64,000 nucleotides of DNA from Desulfomonilia bacterium (GTDB taxonomy: Bacteria; Desulfobacterota; Desulfomonilia; UBA1062), in NCBI GenBank assembly GCA_963664325.2, contig CAXXDQ010000002.1, forward strand, positions 160,001 through 224,000, in the 5' to 3' direction. How positions within the stretch are numbered: position 1 is the first letter of the stretch; every line of letters starts with the position of its first letter. The position numbers were made by a program, and so were the translations under genes. This document shows positions 26,863 through 37,194 of this stretch, one piece after another. Below the pieces are notes generated by a model. That model was not told the DNA's origin, did no database searches, and worked only from the letters and a program-made list of their open reading frames with translations.

Positions 26863-29181
26863 ATGAGTCCAGCCAGAAACCCGCTTAAACGGCCGGCAGC
26901 GGCAATAATTGCACTTTTTGCTGCGGTATTTATGCTTGGCCTTTCGCAGTGCGAGCCGATGCCCGATAAAAAACCCGGTGAATTAGGCCGGTGGGTTGAC
27001 CCGTTCATAGGTACAGGCGGCATACCCTGGGCAAGCGCCATGCTGTTTCCCGGCGCAACATCCCCTTTCGGAATGGTGCGCTTAAGTCCTGACACGACAT
27101 TTCCGGGCGGTGTTAATGTTTTCAAATGCGGGACCGCAGGGTATTTTTACGGTCTTAACCATATATGGGGTTTCAGCCACACCAGGCTTTCAGGCACAGG
27201 CGCGGTTGATCTCGGCCATTTCAGGGTGACGCCTGCAGTCGGGAACTTCAACCCTGGTGACAGGCTGAAGAAGCCGATTTATTTTTCCCATAAACAGGAA
27301 GTTGCCACCGCAGGATATTATGCCGTCAACCTGCCGGGTATAAACTGCCTTGCCGAGCTTACTGCGACGACGCATGTAGGCGTTCACCGCTATACATTCG
27401 GCACGGGCAAGGATGCGCATATTCTGCTCGATGCAACCAGCTTCCTTGCGGGTGGACATGCAACCGAAGGCAGGGTGAAGATTCTCCCGGACTTTCAGGA
27501 AATTGAGGGCGAAGGCCGTGTCATGACAGATTTTGCCAGCCGATACGGGGGTCTCAAGGGATATTTCGTGGCCCGCTTCAACAAACCTTTTGCATCATTT
27601 TCCACATGGAGCAACGGTGTAAATATTGCCGGCAGGCCGGAGGCCTCGGGGGACGATGCAGGCGCTGAAATCAATTTCGGCAATATCAAGAACCAGCCTG
27701 TTGAAATTAAAATCGGAATAAGCTTTGTCAGCCTGGAAAATGCGAGATTGAATCTTGACGCCGAGGCAGGGACTCTTGATTTTGAAGGCATAAGGGATGT
27801 CATACGCCAGACCTGGGAGGAATGGCTTTCGAGGATATCAATTGAAAGCAGCGACCCTGTCGTCAAGACCAATTTCTACTCGGCGCTTTATCACACAATG
27901 ATAATGCCCACGGATTTCACTGATGTGAACAGGCAATATCTCGGGTTCAAGGGAATCATCGGGGTAGCCGGTGATTTCACATACCGCACAGACATGTCCA
28001 TCTGGGATACGTACCGGGATGAACACACGCTGTTGATTCTGATCGCGCCCGAAATACAGCGGGACTGCCTCAAGAGCCTGGTACGCATGGCGCGTATAGG
28101 CGGTACATTGCCTCGCTGGCCGTCAGGGAGCGGTTATACTGGCTCCATGTTCGGAACTCCGGCCGACCTGGTTGTAGGGGAAAGCTGGCTTAAGGGCATT
28201 ACGGATTTCGAGGTGGAAGAGGCATACGAGTACATGAAGCTGACATCAACGGAAAAAGGCCCGTCAGGTGCGGATGTGAGGGACGGCAATCCTGACTGCC
28301 TCGCCTGTGGCTACTGCCCAAACGACAAGATGGAGGAATCGGTAAGCAGGACGCTGGAATATGCTTGGGCCGACGGGAGTATATCACTCCTGGCCGCAGC
28401 GCTCGACAAGCCGGCAGATGCTGTTTTTTTCTGGAATAAATCAATGGCCTACAAAAATATCTTCAATCCGGAGACCAGATACTTCCAGCCGAGGAATTCG
28501 GACGGCTCATGGCAGGAACCTTTCTTCCCTGACATAACAAGCTATTATGACGATATACTCCCTGAGAAATACGCAATCGCTTACTGTGAAGGCGGCCCCC
28601 GGCACTGGAGATGGACGGCCCCGCATGACCCGGAAGGCCTTCTATCCCTGTTCGGCAGTGCGGATTATTTTGTCACTGAACTTGAAAAATTCATGGCTGA
28701 TGCCAGCAAAAACCGCGGTGCGATTGACCCTGGTCCTGCATACTGGATCGGAAATGAACACGACATCCATACCCCTTACCTTTTCAACGAAGCCGGAAGG
28801 CCTGAGCTTACGCAAAAATGGGTCAGATGGACGCTTGATAACCGCTTCGGGACAGGCCCCGACGGCATGGACGGTAACGATGACTGCGGAGCGCTGAGTT
28901 CATGGTATGTGTTTTCGGCAATCGGTCTTTATCCGGTTGCAGGAACAGACCGTTACTGGATAGGCGCGCCCATAGTTGACAGGGCCGAAGTCAATATCGG
29001 CAGCGGAAGTACTTTAACCGTTATTGCCGAGAATCAGTCCTTGGAAAATATGTATGTACAGAGTGTGACGCTTAATGGCACAAAACTTTTATCGCCATCC
29101 TTAAAGCATGCCGACATTATGAACGGAGGCACTCTTGTTTTTACTATGGGACCGTTGCCGGCGGCCGGCGGAGGGTACTGA
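26863..29181 (+). CDS. GH92 alpha-mannosidase, probable lipoprotein
   Basis: VDPFIGTGG, PFGMVRLSPDT, FSHTRLSGTG, SIWDTYR, SRTLEYA, GNEHD, GNDDCGALSSWY. Confidence 0.95.
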   Translation: MSPARNPLKRPAAAIIALFAAVFMLGLSQCEPMPDKKPGELGRWVDPFIGTGGIPWASAMLFPGATSPFGMVRLSPDTTFPGGVNVFKCGTAGYFYGLNHIWGFSHTRLSGTGAVDLGHFRVTPAVGNFNPGDRLKKPIYFSHKQEVATAGYYAVNLPGINCLAELTATTHVGVHRYTFGTGKDAHILLDATSFLAGGHATEGRVKILPDFQEIEGEGRVMTDFASRYGGLKGYFVARFNKPFASFSTWSNGVNIAGRPEASGDDAGAEINFGNIKNQPVEIKIGISFVSLENARLNLDAEAGTLDFEGIRDVIRQTWEEWLSRISIESSDPVVKTNFYSALYHTMIMPTDFTDVNRQYLGFKGIIGVAGDFTYRTDMSIWDTYRDEHTLLILIAPEIQRDCLKSLVRMARIGGTLPRWPSGSGYTGSMFGTPADLVVGESWLKGITDFEVEEAYEYMKLTSTEKGPSGADVRDGNPDCLACGYCPNDKMEESVSRTLEYAWADGSISLLAAALDKPADAVFFWNKSMAYKNIFNPETRYFQPRNSDGSWQEPFFPDITSYYDDILPEKYAIAYCEGGPRHWRWTAPHDPEGLLSLFGSADYFVTELEKFMADASKNRGAIDPGPAYWIGNEHDIHTPYLFNEAGRPELTQKWVRWTLDNRFGTGPDGMDGNDDCGALSSWYVFSAIGLYPVAGTDRYWIGAPIVDRAEVNIGSGSTLTVIAENQSLENMYVQSVTLNGTKLLSPSLKHADIMNGGTLVFTMGPLPAAGGGY

Positions 29182-29276
29182 AGGTTCTGTTTTTATAAAA
29201 AATATTAAGATTGATACACTACTGGCTATTGCCAAGCCGGAGAGTGCCTTTGATTTGAAGCCGGTTATCAAAGAAC

Positions 29277-29304
29277 AAAAAAACGCCCTCTCGGGCGTTT
29301 TTTT
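29277..29304. terminator. Bidirectional intrinsic terminator
   Basis: aaaaaaacgccc-tctc-gggcgttttttt between convergent genes. Confidence 0.85.
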
Positions 29305-30139
29305 AAATCCTGGCATTCAGCCAGTCATGAAGATCTTTTAAGGCTAGAGCCCTCATATCCGGCGATTCGTTATATACCTCGTGTTTGAACCCTTCATATC
29401 GCTTGTATGTCTTGTCGGCAGAGCCTATGCTGTCGAACAGCTCCTTCTGTTTGGAGAATGAGATATCAAGTGTGCCATACTGAAGCATCACCGGCATTTT
29501 TATCTGGCCGGCATTCCGGGCACCCTCAATAAGAAACGTCATCAGCTGTTCGGCCAGCCTGGGCGTGATTTTTCCGCATCTGAGCTTGTCGTTTATGTAG
29601 GCATCAAGGATTTCAGCATCATGAGTTATAAAGTCCGGAGCCAGCGGGAATTTTATATGGACTGACGGGAACAGCTTTGATCCTATTTTAGAAAGTATTA
29701 TGTCCGATTTTTTTGTAGTTGGTCCATGGTATGAACCGGAACCGGAAAGTACGAGGCCCTTTATCCCTCCCGGGTGACTTTCTACAAGGTTCATGGCAAT
29801 GATGCTGCCCATGGAATGGCCGATAATGAAAAGCGGTTCATCTGGATACTCTTTTTTGATGATGTCTTTCATGAATTTAAGTTCGTCGATTATGTATTCG
29901 GTAAAACTGTTGACATGGCATCGTCTGCCCCCGGACTTTCCATGCCCCCTGTGATCTACACCGAATATAGCATATCCATCCGGGACAAGTTCGTTAACTA
30001 CATTCGTATACCTTCTAATGTGTTCATCATAACCGTGGATGATATTGACAACTGCCTTGGGTTTTCCTTCAGGCAGCCATGCCATCCAAGCAATATCGAT
30101 TCCGTCATTTGCTTTGAATATTCCTTCTTTCAACAGCAT
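29303..30139 (-). CDS. Alpha/beta hydrolase, lysophospholipase family
   Basis: IHGYDEH, DHRGHGKS, GHSMG, HEVYNE. Confidence 0.92.
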   Translation of the reverse strand: MLLKEGIFKANDGIDIAWMAWLPEGKPKAVVNIIHGYDEHIRRYTNVVNELVPDGYAIFGVDHRGHGKSGGRRCHVNSFTEYIIDELKFMKDIIKKEYPDEPLFIIGHSMGSIIAMNLVESHPGGIKGLVLSGSGSYHGPTTKKSDIILSKIGSKLFPSVHIKFPLAPDFITHDAEILDAYINDKLRCGKITPRLAEQLMTFLIEGARNAGQIKMPVMLQYGTLDISFSKQKELFDSIGSADKTYKRYEGFKHEVYNESPDMRALALKDLHDWLNARI

Positions 30140-30243
30140 AAAGAAACCTCCACGACTTTAATTGCAGTCTAATTATGTCACAACGGACAAATTATCACAA
30201 TCTTTTGATGCTCTATAAAATAAGTAAAACTGTTTAAGATATA

Positions 30244-30288
30244 TTGACACAAAAGGTTCATAAGGGTATAGAATGAACGCTCATTCAT
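30244..30288 (+). promoter_or_regulatory. Sigma70-type promoter with [11 protein letters not shown] TetR-type palindrome
   Basis: TTGACA-N17-TATAGA followed by GAATGA-ACGC-TCATTC. Confidence 0.65.
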
Positions 30289-30319
30289 AAGTAAACTAAA
30301 GAAACCTTAGGAGGATATT

Positions 30320-32146
30320 ATGGCAAGTAAGTGGATAGACGAGAGGGATATGAGGTTCCTTCTGTTCGAAGTGTTTAACATTGGAGAGACCCTGCTTGGT
30401 AAAGGCCGCTATGCGGACCACGACGCCGACACGGTCAACATGACGCTCGATGCAGCCGCTAAACTGGCTGTAAACGACATAGCGCCGACCTATCCTGATG
30501 AAGTGCACAGGAAACCGGTTGAAGCAACCTTCAAGGATGGCAAGGTCTACGCACCGGAAGCATACCACAGGCTTTACAAGCTCTATACCGAAGGCGGCTG
30601 GATGACTACATCGGAAAGCTATGAACTCGGCGGCCAGCAGCTCCCGGCAGTTGTTTCGGCGACATGCGCAAATATGTTCCTTTCATGCAACCAGGCATTC
30701 CTGATGTATCCTGGTCTTACTCACGGTGCAGCAAGGCTGGTGGAAGATTTCTTTCAGCATGAGCTTCGTGATATAACTCTTCAGAAAATGTATTCAGGCG
30801 AATGGGCCGGAACAATGTGCCTTACCGAGCCGGGTGCAGGTTCAGATGTCGGAGCGCTCAAGACAACTGCAAAAAGGAATGCGGACGGCACATTCTCAAT
30901 CACTGGTACGAAGTGCTTCATTTCAGCAGGCGACCATGACCTTACACCGAATATAATCCATCCGGTTCTTGCCAGAATAGAAGGCGACCCGGAAGGGACA
31001 AAAGGCATTTCGATATTCATAGTTCCGAAATACAGGTTCGATGGGGCAGGCGCCATAGGCGAATACAATGACGTTGCCTGCGGGAACATAGAGAGCAAGA
31101 TGGGTATCCACGGTAACGCGACCTGTACACTCAATTTCGGTGAAAACGGAAAATGCATCGGGTATCTTATGGGCGAAGAGCGCCAGGGCATGCCAATCAT
31201 GTTCCACATGATGAATGAAGAACGCCAGGGTGTCGGCACAATGGGGGTATCCCTTGCCGGTGCTGCGTTCCTGCATGCGCTTTCCTATGCCAAGGACAGG
31301 GTGCAGGGCAAAGAGCCGGTTGAGTCAGTTCTCGATCCAAACGCACCTGCTCGAGAAATCATCAAACATCCGGACGTACGCAGGATGCTTCTCAAGATGA
31401 AGTCAGGTGTTGAAGGCATCAGGGCACTTGCTTATTTCTGCTATTACGCCATGGACCGGGTAATGATTGCGGAAGCAGAAGAAGAAAAGACAAAATGGAT
31501 CGGCATGATAGAAATGCTCACACCAATGGTCAAGTCATACTGTACAGATCTTGGAATGGAAATATGCAGCACGGCGGTTCAGACTTATGGCGGTTACGGT
31601 TTCTGCCGCGAATATCCCGTCGAGCAGATGATGCGCGACCAGAAGATCAACCAGATTTACGAAGGCACCAACGGCATCCAGGCGCTTGACCTTTTGGGCA
31701 GGAAGCTCGGTATGAAAAAAGGTGCGTACTTCATGACACTTCTTGGGGAAATCCAGGAAAATATAGCTGCTGCAAAAGCCTACGAAGACCTTGCTGACGA
31801 GGCAGGCATTGTCGAAGGCGCAATGAATGCGATTGCAGGCCTGGCAATGGGATTCCGCGGTATGCTCAAGACAAACCCGTATAATCCCCTTATCAATGCA
31901 TGTGATTTCCTCAATGCCCTTTCGGAAGTTCTCGTGGGCAGCCTTCACTGCAGGATGGCAGCAGCGGCGAAGAAAGGACTTGCAGCAACGACAAGCGATG
32001 TGGACAAGAATTACTACACAGGCAAAATAGAGGGAGCCAGGTTCTATATCCAGAGAACAACTGCCCTTGTTCCTGCAAAGTGCCAGCTTATGAGCAAAAT
32101 CGAAGAAAGCGCACACAGGATCACTGAAGCTCAGTTCGCAGTCTAA
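30320..32146 (+). CDS. Acyl-CoA dehydrogenase (long, ~600-aa type)
   Basis: GTMCLTEPGAGSDVG, GTKCFIS, KMGIHGNATC, GGYGF, IYEGTNGIQALDL. Confidence 0.95.
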   Translation: MASKWIDERDMRFLLFEVFNIGETLLGKGRYADHDADTVNMTLDAAAKLAVNDIAPTYPDEVHRKPVEATFKDGKVYAPEAYHRLYKLYTEGGWMTTSESYELGGQQLPAVVSATCANMFLSCNQAFLMYPGLTHGAARLVEDFFQHELRDITLQKMYSGEWAGTMCLTEPGAGSDVGALKTTAKRNADGTFSITGTKCFISAGDHDLTPNIIHPVLARIEGDPEGTKGISIFIVPKYRFDGAGAIGEYNDVACGNIESKMGIHGNATCTLNFGENGKCIGYLMGEERQGMPIMFHMMNEERQGVGTMGVSLAGAAFLHALSYAKDRVQGKEPVESVLDPNAPAREIIKHPDVRRMLLKMKSGVEGIRALAYFCYYAMDRVMIAEAEEEKTKWIGMIEMLTPMVKSYCTDLGMEICSTAVQTYGGYGFCREYPVEQMMRDQKINQIYEGTNGIQALDLLGRKLGMKKGAYFMTLLGEIQENIAAAKAYEDLADEAGIVEGAMNAIAGLAMGFRGMLKTNPYNPLINACDFLNALSEVLVGSLHCRMAAAAKKGLAATTSDVDKNYYTGKIEGARFYIQRTTALVPAKCQLMSKIEESAHRITEAQFAV

Positions 32147-32163
32147 ATTTCTTATCACTGATT

Positions 32164-32196
32164 AAAAAAGGGGGGCTTATATCAGCCCCCTTTTTT
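32164..32196. terminator. Bidirectional intrinsic terminator
   Basis: A6-gggggct-tatatc-agccccc-T6. Confidence 0.8.
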
Positions 32197-32668
32197 ATGT
32201 AATACCCCTGTAACAGCCGCCATAATCCTTTGTGGTCATTTGTTCGTGGCCGGACAAAAATTCTCCGGAAACCGGTTCACCGATAAAAAGAGTATGGTCT
32301 CCTGTTTCAATTGTTTTGACGATTTTAAGGTCAAGATAGCCTATAGCAGATTCGGGCATTAGGTTCCCGATACCGGTACGCCTGGATTTCACTCCTTCGA
32401 ACTTGCGCCTCCAATCGGGTATTTTAAATTTTTTCACAAGCAGGGTTTCATCCCTTGGAAGAACTCCTATGGAGAAAGCCCCTCCATTTAATATCTGGCT
32501 GTGCGAAAGCCTGCCGTGTCTTATTGCAACAGCAACGAGAGGCGGTTCGTGCGAGCATTGCGTCACCCATGATGCTATCATGGCGTTGTCCTCATGACCG
32601 TCCTGTACTGAAACAATGTAAATGCCGTAGGTGAACCTGTCCAAGACATTCTGCCATTCATTATCCAT
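32195..32668 (-). CDS. Flavin reductase-like protein
   Basis: YGIYIV, ASWVTQCSHEPP, GDHTLFIGE. Confidence 0.9.
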   Translation of the reverse strand: MDNEWQNVLDRFTYGIYIVSVQDGHEDNAMIASWVTQCSHEPPLVAVAIRHGRLSHSQILNGGAFSIGVLPRDETLLVKKFKIPDWRRKFEGVKSRRTGIGNLMPESAIGYLDLKIVKTIETGDHTLFIGEPVSGEFLSGHEQMTTKDYGGCYRGIT

Positions 32669-32709
32669 ATAGCCTCCGCAGGTATAAATGTTCTATTATA
32701 TACTACATT

Positions 32710-33372
32710 ATGAATGGGATTTTTTGCACTAAGGATTTTACAGAAGGTATGGATGGCTCTTCTGCTTCAATAAGGGAGAAACTTGTAAAAGACCTTGGCT
32801 CGGATAAAATATTTACGCTTAACCAGGTGCATGGCGGCCATATTGTCCGGACTTCTGAAATTAAGCATTTTGAAATACCGGAGGCCGACGGTATCATTTC
32901 GGAAAATTCAGGAGACATGCTGGTCATACGCAGTGCGGATTGTGTGCCTGTTCTTATTTCATCGGAAGAAGGTGTTTCCGCCGCAGTTCATGCGGGGTGG
33001 AAGGGCCTTGCGTGCGGCATTGTCGGCAAATGCGTATCGATGATGAGAAAGATGGGCGCAATTAATATAGATGTTGCAATAGGTCCTGCAATAGGCCCCT
33101 GTTGCTTCTGTGTAGGGAATGACGTTGCTCGACTGATAGCTTCTCAATCTGCAAGAAGTGAAAACGGCATTGAATATATTGATCTCTGGGAAACGGCAAG
33201 ATATCATGCATTGTCTGCCGGAGTTGAAGGAAATAGAATATCCGTTCTCCGAATCTGTACCTGCTGCAGGGAAAATCTTTTTTTCTCATACCGCAGACAG
33301 GGTGATGCTGCCGGAAGGCAGGTGTCAATTATTGGGGGGAATGCCAAAATATTGCAGGGTTTTCAGGTATGA
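32710..33372 (+). CDS. pgeF: PgeF/YfiH-family (laccase-domain) protein
   Basis: QVHG, ADCVP, HAGWKG, IGPAIGPCC, CTCC, FFSYRR. Confidence 0.92.
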   Translation: MNGIFCTKDFTEGMDGSSASIREKLVKDLGSDKIFTLNQVHGGHIVRTSEIKHFEIPEADGIISENSGDMLVIRSADCVPVLISSEEGVSAAVHAGWKGLACGIVGKCVSMMRKMGAINIDVAIGPAIGPCCFCVGNDVARLIASQSARSENGIEYIDLWETARYHALSAGVEGNRISVLRICTCCRENLFFSYRRQGDAAGRQVSIIGGNAKILQGFQV

Positions 33373-33549
33373 AAAACAGAAATGGTGTGACATATTGCTG
33401 CTGCAAGGCTGTTGGAGATTTATGGGAAAGGGATACAGCCGATCCTGGTATGCTTCTCATCGCAGGATCCATGTTCTGTGAATACATCAGAGAATCGGGA
33501 ATATAATCATAATAAAGCTTCAGGCCTTATGAATCTCGAATAATGAAAT

Positions 33550-33584
33550 AAAAAAACCTGCGGTATTCTCTATTACCGCAGGTT
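33550..33584 (-). terminator. Intrinsic terminator for omptin genes
   Basis: aacctgcggta/taccgcaggtt stem with A-run on the left (U-run on minus strand). Confidence 0.75.
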
Positions 33585-33645
33585 CCGAATAATGAACTTA
33601 CCCTGAAGAATGGGTTATTAATTATTTTCTGCCGATTATTATCCG

Positions 33646-34599
33646 TTAAAATTTAAACCCTACCGATACGGCGCTTTCAATCTGCTCGCTGAACACATCT
33701 TCATCGATATCTCCCCACCATTCGACAACATCAGCCGTTGCCAACTGATGCTGCGTCTGGGTTCCTGACGTCTGGATCTGCCTGTAACTGAAGTCTAGGC
33801 CTGCAAAGATATGCTTTGTAAAATCATAGGAACAATTGAAACGGACCGCGTTCATGTAACCGTCACAGTCACCTTTACTGATTTTTGACCTTAGAAGGTG
33901 CTTGTCTTCATCTTTGGCATTTACAAATGGTGAAAACTGGTAGGTTAATGCTCCCTTGAATTTTTTTGTATAAAAGTTTACGACGAGTTCCGCATAGGGC
34001 ACCTCGTAAATCACATCATATGTCCCGATCCTGCCGCTTACATAATCATGAAGTACATCAGGATATGGGGGAGACCACTGGTTCAGGTTGCTTGCGACAT
34101 AACTGAAATCCTGCCACAGGTATCCCAACCCTATCTGCATACCCCAGCCCTGATATTTCAGAAACTCAAAATTCAAGTTGGCATCAAATACTTTTGCATC
34201 CAGGTCCACGCTGCTTTCTGAATATACATCAAGAAGATCGGGGGAGCCTATTCCATATGCATAATAGTAATAACCCCAGTCCGAGTCTTCAATTTTCTGC
34301 TTCGGCTCTGAAAGGCTCATTTTATATGAAGCCGCACCGAACAGTCTCCAGTAGCTGGCGGTAAGGTCGGCCGAACCCATTACGACATTCAGCGGCCATG
34401 CGAGTTCGCTTATTGGAAAACGATAATTACCGGAACCTAGTTGAGGGCTTTCGAAATTCCCCCCTATCCGGTAAGTGGTCTCCCCTTGAAGGTATCCGAT
34501 TCCGGCTGATAGCCTGACATCGGGTCTTTCGGCAAAAGCGTTTTGAGCCAGCCCGAAGACAAACAAAAAAGCCAGGTAAGCAACAGTTGTCTTTCTCAT
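33646..34599 (-). CDS. Omptin-family outer-membrane protease
   Basis: Signal peptide, ISELAWP, EDSDW, DEDKH, C-terminal Phe. Confidence 0.85.
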   Translation of the reverse strand: MRKTTVAYLAFLFVFGLAQNAFAERPDVRLSAGIGYLQGETTYRIGGNFESPQLGSGNYRFPISELAWPLNVVMGSADLTASYWRLFGAASYKMSLSEPKQKIEDSDWGYYYYAYGIGSPDLLDVYSESSVDLDAKVFDANLNFEFLKYQGWGMQIGLGYLWQDFSYVASNLNQWSPPYPDVLHDYVSGRIGTYDVIYEVPYAELVVNFYTKKFKGALTYQFSPFVNAKDEDKHLLRSKISKGDCDGYMNAVRFNCSYDFTKHIFAGLDFSYRQIQTSGTQTQHQLATADVVEWWGDIDEDVFSEQIESAVSVGFKF

Positions 34600-34746
34600 A
34601 AATAACGCCCCCTCTTGTGAGGAACTTTATTCCTTAACACTACTATCGGAATTTTCATGTTTAAAGCTTTAAGATTTATTTATTAATCTATAAATTATTT
34701 TATCTGATTATTAAATGTGATTCCAATAAAATATCGTAACTTCTGA

Positions 34747-35733
34747 TCAGAAATGCAATCCTGCATATATGGAAAGGCCAAGTTGAGAACTGGATATTTC
34801 CTGCTCTATTTTTACGGAATACCCGGGTCCTGTCTGTTTCTGCTTGCCTTCGGAATATATATAAAGATAGTCCACCCGGTTTCCGGCATAAAGATACTTT
34901 GTGAAAAAATATTTTATATCAATATTTGTCTTTAAAAACATACCGGTACAGTCACCTTTTGATATTTTATCCGTAAGGATATGATTATCATAATCCTTGG
35001 CGGATACAAAAGGCGAGAGCCCCAGATCACTGCTGACAACAAGTTTCTTTACAGGTTTGAAGCCGAAATTAAATTTTAAATACGGGATGTTATAGGTAAC
35101 ATTATATTCAAGAACTCTTCCATGTTGATAAAGATGGTAAGGGTAGACACCATATTTTTTCCCTGCGTTGGTATTGCCGAAGTAACTGAAATATGATGGA
35201 TACCACTGGTCGAGATCGGAGACGGTAAAATCGAAATACTGCTGCAAGAATCCAAGGGCGATAAGCATTGAGAATTTTGGTTTATTAACAATTTTACAAC
35301 CTATGTTTATGTCCCATATTGTAGCATCAAGTTCAGCATTGCTTTCCGAATAGATATCAAGTGAATCGGATGACGTCTGTGGTAATTCCGAATGACAACC
35401 GTAGTAAAGGTAGCCCCAGTCCGAGTCTTTCATTTTACCAGTATCCGCCGACAGATTCTTGTTTAAAGACCCTTCGATCCTGAGTAAATTCGCAAATTCG
35501 ATTGCACCTTTAACCGATAAATATTCAGAATCAAGTGGGAATTCCAGTTCACTGATGGGAAAGCGAAATGATCCCGAATTGTTGTTTACAGTACAGTCAC
35601 CGCCAATCTGGTATTTTGTATATCCGCTCAATAGAATCAGGGATGCGTCAATTTCCGATATGACTTCGGCCCTTGAGGGAATTGCATCAGCAAATAAAAG
35701 TATCAAAATCAATATAAATTGAAGCCGGTGCAT
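34747..35733 (-). CDS. Omptin-family outer-membrane protease (paralog)
   Basis: ISELEFP, KDSDW, DYDNH, C-terminal Phe; start moved to ATG 35733. Confidence 0.85.
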   Translation of the reverse strand: MHRLQFILILILLFADAIPSRAEVISEIDASLILLSGYTKYQIGGDCTVNNNSGSFRFPISELEFPLDSEYLSVKGAIEFANLLRIEGSLNKNLSADTGKMKDSDWGYLYYGCHSELPQTSSDSLDIYSESNAELDATIWDINIGCKIVNKPKFSMLIALGFLQQYFDFTVSDLDQWYPSYFSYFGNTNAGKKYGVYPYHLYQHGRVLEYNVTYNIPYLKFNFGFKPVKKLVVSSDLGLSPFVSAKDYDNHILTDKISKGDCTGMFLKTNIDIKYFFTKYLYAGNRVDYLYIYSEGKQKQTGPGYSVKIEQEISSSQLGLSIYAGLHF

Positions 35734-35904
35734 TGTTCCAACCTCTCCGAATGATAAGCTGATTGATAAAGAACATTTCATCAAATACAACAGATTTGCA
35801 GCAAATGGCTATTTAGAAAAAATCGAAGGTCTTTTTCATTGATTTATGCTTGTATTATTGATATGGATAACGTTCTTAAAATTTACGATAACAATTAGGA
35901 AATT

Positions 35905-37194
35905 ATGCAAGCTAAGGCTATAAAAAAATACGGGAATTTCAGTGGAGAAGGCATTGCATCCGACACACAGCTAAGAGTATGCATACTTACCTACCGCGGT
36001 AATCCCTCTTCAGGCGGACAGGGTGTTTACGTCAGGAGAATCAGCAGGGCGCTGAAAGATCTCGGTCACAGTGTGGATGTCGTTGCCGGTCCTCCTTATC
36101 CTATCCTTGATGAAGATATAATATTACATAAATTGCCAAGTCTTGATTTATACAATCCCGATGCCCTGTTCAGGACACCCGGGATCAGCGAACTCAAATC
36201 CCCGATAAATCTGCTCGAATGGATGCTTCTCAGTTCAGGCGGTTTTCCTGAGCCTTTCACTTTCAGCCTCAGGGCATATTCATTCCTGAAAAAAAACAGA
36301 CATCGTTATGACGTCGTCCATGACAACCAGTGTCTTGCCTATGGCATGCTCGGGATTAAAAAGTTGCTCCCTCTTGTGACGACGATACATCACCCGATTA
36401 CAAAAGACAGAGATATTGAAGTGGGTGCCCAGCCGAATATACTGAGGAAAGTGCAAAAATGGCGGTGGTATTCTTTCCTGGGCATGCAGAAGAGGGTTGC
36501 AAGAAATCTGGGGCATCTCATTACTGTCTCGGAGGCATCGAAAAAGGATATAAGCCTGGATTTCAAGGTTGACTCAACAAATTTCAATGTTGTGCCCAAT
36601 GGTATTAATACCGAGATATTCTATCCTATACCCGGAAATATACGTCCCGATAACCGCCTGATTGTAACAAACAGTGCTGACACGCCTCTTAAAGGCCTGA
36701 AATATCTTTTGCATGCAGTCGACAGGATTCGCAGGAAACGGGATATTCATTTGACTGTGATCGGCAAACCGAAGCCGGACGGTGCGATTGAACGACAGGT
36801 AAGGGATCTGAACTTGAAGGATGTGATAACATTTACGGGTCGTATAGATGAAAGTGAATTTGCCAGATACTACGCTAACAGCACGATTGCGCTGGTTCCG
36901 TCCATATATGAAGGGTTCGGGCTGCCGGCAGGAGAGGCGATGGCATGCGCCGTCCCGGTAATAAGCACAACCGGAGGGGCACTGCCTGAAGTTGTAGGAG
37001 ATGCCGGGTTGCTTGTTCCGCCTGCTGACGATTTGGCACTTGAAAAAGCTATAATAACTCTGTTAGACAATCCCGGCATGTGCCATAAGCTCGCAAAGGC
37101 GGGATATGAAAGGGTCATCAGGAATTTCACCTGGGAAAACACAGCTCTCGCAACGACGGATGTTTATAAAGAGGCAATATATGCTGACAGTTGA
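35905..37194 (+). CDS. manT: GT4 glycosyltransferase, resembles mycobacterial MMP mannosyltransferase ManT
   Basis: GGQGVYVR, LPSLDLY, GFPEP.TFSLR, DVVHDNQCL, HHPIT.DR, YEGFGLPAGEAMAC. Confidence 0.8.
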   Translation: MQAKAIKKYGNFSGEGIASDTQLRVCILTYRGNPSSGGQGVYVRRISRALKDLGHSVDVVAGPPYPILDEDIILHKLPSLDLYNPDALFRTPGISELKSPINLLEWMLLSSGGFPEPFTFSLRAYSFLKKNRHRYDVVHDNQCLAYGMLGIKKLLPLVTTIHHPITKDRDIEVGAQPNILRKVQKWRWYSFLGMQKRVARNLGHLITVSEASKKDISLDFKVDSTNFNVVPNGINTEIFYPIPGNIRPDNRLIVTNSADTPLKGLKYLLHAVDRIRRKRDIHLTVIGKPKPDGAIERQVRDLNLKDVITFTGRIDESEFARYYANSTIALVPSIYEGFGLPAGEAMACAVPVISTTGGALPEVVGDAGLLVPPADDLALEKAIITLLDNPGMCHKLAKAGYERVIRNFTWENTALATTDVYKEAIYADS

